DNA of 64,000 bases from Candidatus Bathyarchaeota archaeon (GTDB taxonomy: Archaea > Thermoproteota > Bathyarchaeia > Bathyarchaeales > Bathycorpusculaceae), in assembly GCA_963772455.1 (NCBI GenBank), contig CAVYXJ010000005.1, forward strand, positions 1-64,000. The letters are read 5' to 3'. This document shows, one piece after another, positions 61,504-64,000 of the stretch (the first letter of the stretch is position 1; each line of letters begins with the position of its first letter). Both the position numbers and the translations under genes were made by a program. A model generated the notes under the pieces. The model was given only the letters and a program-made list of their open reading frames with translations. It had not been told where the DNA came from and searched no databases.

Positions 61504-63126
61504 TATTCCACCATTACGCTATCGGATTTATTTAACCAATTCCTTGATTTGCAAACTGTTTTGCCAGCAAATTTGAATTGCAAGCAATCTTCACTGGGAC
61601 ACATTTCTACACATCGCAAACAGAAAATACATTGTGAAGACGCAACGTCTCCTTTTCTTTGTTCATAGACTTCTTTTACTTGGGTGGGGCAAACACGTTT
61701 GCATATGCCGCATTTAGTACATTTTTCTTCTACCTTATTTAGACGTACACCGCTGATCCATTTGAAGGGTGGAAAACGATTAAACAAGGCGATTAATCCT
61801 CCTAATGGACATATTTTGCACCATGATCGACGGAAGAAGAACGCCGCTACCGTAACTATTCCCAATATAATGATGTTGGTTGAGGTTATGAAATAACCTA
61901 GTTGCCAGAATTGCCCAGCGGTATCTTGAGTTATCCATTCTGGCTTCATCAATCCAACGCTTGTCTCTGTTAAGACACAAAGTGGTTTCATAGGGCAGAC
62001 TTGGCAGAATGGTGCTGAGAAATATTCGTAAACAAAGCCCCCTTTTTGGGTTCCAGCCACCAATTGTGTACCTGTTATGGCCTGAGAAGCAAAAACCACA
62101 CTTAAAATTATCAACAGTGCCAATATGAGGTAGCTTAACTGATGAAAACGCTCATTAAATCTGTCTGAGAAGTTACGCCGCTTAATCCGCAAAGCCTTTC
62201 GCAAACGCGTCATTAAATCAACATACAAGCCAAAAGGACATACCCAACCACAGAATACTCTACCCAAAACAACCGCTGCCAAAATGATTACTCCAAAAAC
62301 AATCGCTAACCTAGCCAAACCTGTAGAGTCATAATGAACTCCCCAACCACTACCAGCATTGAAGAAGGGGTAAATGTAAGCTTGAATTTGCCATAATGCG
62401 CACGTTACGGTTCTTCCGCATGGATAGAAACAGCCAAAGAAAGGCGCAGGAAAACCATCTGGCATATCTACTCCAAGAACATTGGTTCCTAATTCGATTT
62501 CATGAGCTGCAATTTGAGAGGCAGGCACAGGCAACATGTAGTGATCGATAAATATTCCAAAGAAAATGATGAATATCAAACCAACCTGGATGAGGAATCG
62601 GAAGGAACTTATTTTTCGGGTTTTGTTTCTTGTTCCAAAAAAAGCAATAATTCCCCCAACGCTGAGTAAAACAGCGGTTAAGCCAATAATTGACCAGTTA
62701 GCCTTGTAATTTATTGGTACACTCGGAGTTGGCGGCGGAGCATCAGGATTAGCGGGGTCAGTTACTTGGGCGAATAATCGGTCGCAGATGTGACCGTCTA
62801 TGGCGAATATGTTCCAGTATCCTGCCATGTCAAGTTTTTGGTTTACAGTAAAATTGCCTGTTACGGAATCCGTGAGTACATATTGTTCTATATAGGTGTA
62901 GTCTGGTCTGGTGAAAGCTACTCTTACCGTTTTGTTTAGATGCTGCCGGACACACTTGCCCTGACACCGTGACAGTTTCGTTGAGGTTAATTTGAGTTTT
63001 ATCTATATCTGCTGTTATGTGCGGTCCATAACAAGAATCTGCAGGGGCAACCTGTACACTTAGAAAATAAACAGCGATGAGGACAGCAATAGATAAACAG
63101 AAAACTGTTCGCTGTTTAATATTCAC
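61503..63126 (-). CDS. NapH/MauN/NosR-like membrane polyferredoxin with N-terminal extracellular domain, frameshift near 62935
   Basis: GRVFCGWVCPFG, FCQVCP, WCKICPLG, CTKCGICKRVCP, CIFCLRCVEMCP; ORF 62830-63126 supplies the signal peptide. Confidence 0.85.
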
Positions 63127-63327
63127 TCACCCACATAGTCCCATATGGAATCTTTATCTTCATATATCTTTTCAAACAACCGCTAATTAATTTTTAGCTA
63201 ATTTTGTTTCTCACTTGAATTCAATTGGCTTGGAAATAAAACCTTTTTCGTAAAGATTTCTGGACTAACTCTTCAAAAAACAAAAATGAAAGTTTAGTTT
63301 TAAGAGTTTTTAATTCTTACTAATTTA

Positions 63328-64000
63328 TCATTTCATAATTTCAGAGATTTTTTTAAAAGCCAAAACTAAAGGTACAATTGCTACAGAAATTGCTGCTGAA
63401 ACCAAGAAAGCCAACCCATTAAATCCAGCTGAAACGCCAATAGAAAATACAGTCGCAGCTAAAACAGGTGAAATGGTTTGCGCCAACCCAGCAATTGCCC
63501 AAGCAACACCTAATGCTCCACCTTGAGCGTTTTCAGGAGTATTTGTAGAAATCAAAGTGTTTAAAGTAACGATTTGTATTCCAAAACCAATGGAAATCAC
63601 CGCTGCAACCGCTAACATAACAGCGAAATTTGGTACAATCGACAAAGCTACAAGCCCAACTATCAAAAAAAGGATACCCAGCAATGTTATACTTAATCTG
63701 TTTAATCTCTTCCCAAGAATTGGCAAAAGGACTGCCTGAGTAAACACACTTATCCCACCGAAAAAAAAGAAAACCAGCCCCGTTTGAAATGCACCAAACC
63801 CAAAAACCGCCTGTAGCCAAGGCGACAAAGATGCCTGAAGAAAAACAAACGAAACAAAAAACAAGAAATAAATTGCCAACAACAAAACAATTTTCCGTTT
63901 CCTTAAAACACTTATTAAAGCGTCCAAAGAAACCACGGTTCTCTTTATGTTGAAACTAACTGGTTCAGGCAACAGAAAATAAGCTGAAACCAAGTTAGCA
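63328..64000 (-). CDS. MFS transporter (5' part outside window)
   Basis: Multi-pass with TPENAQGGALG...LAQTISPVLA. Confidence 0.85.
   Translation of the reverse strand, partial: ANLVSAYFLLPEPVSFNIKRTVVSLDALISVLRKRKIVLLLAIYFLFFVSFVFLQASLSPWLQAVFGFGAFQTGLVFFFFGGISVFTQAVLLPILGKRLNRLSITLLGILFLIVGLVALSIVPNFAVMLAVAAVISIGFGIQIVTLNTLISTNTPENAQGGALGVAWAIAGLAQTISPVLAATVFSIGVSAGFNGLAFLVSAAISVAIVPLVLAFKKISEIMK

Noticed and set aside
54107-63126. Denitrification pathway from hcp, NosD and NapH-like genes
   Set aside because: No nosZ, napA, nir or nor in the window; NosD-type repeats are generic surface domains

Overview
AT-rich archaeal DNA, most consistent with Bathyarchaeia (inferred from gatDE, Sm/Lsm, Rio2, Alba, archaeal TyrS, NosD-repeat and PEF-CTERM surface proteins, TrmB and HTH-10 regulators). 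Many genes, including the essential gatE, are split by single-base indels that look like read-consensus errors. 1-12 kb is mostly housekeeping. A tRNA-Leu(CAG) with a non-canonical 29/30 BHB intron (12224-12336) anchors an accessory region with two downstream copies of its 3' end. That region carries glucosylglycerate synthesis genes, a CsbD-like protein, catalase KatE, a binding-protein/histidine-kinase module, a divergent aRF1 paralog and an SGNH/acyltransferase-3/GT39 trio. 40-64 kb holds CorA, TyrS, Alba, Hcp, a polar amino-acid ABC transporter and redox genes. Top observations: (1) a fixed-spacing motif TTGTW-N11-ACAGTCACA-N5-TATA-like box occurs four times, upstream of csbD, katE and two microproteins, suggesting an archaeal general-stress regulon; (2) an aRF1 paralog lacking NIKS and GGQ is a candidate ribosome hibernation or rescue factor; (3) an unassigned ~220-nt structured RNA lies divergent from alba. 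All calls were made by eye, without database searches.
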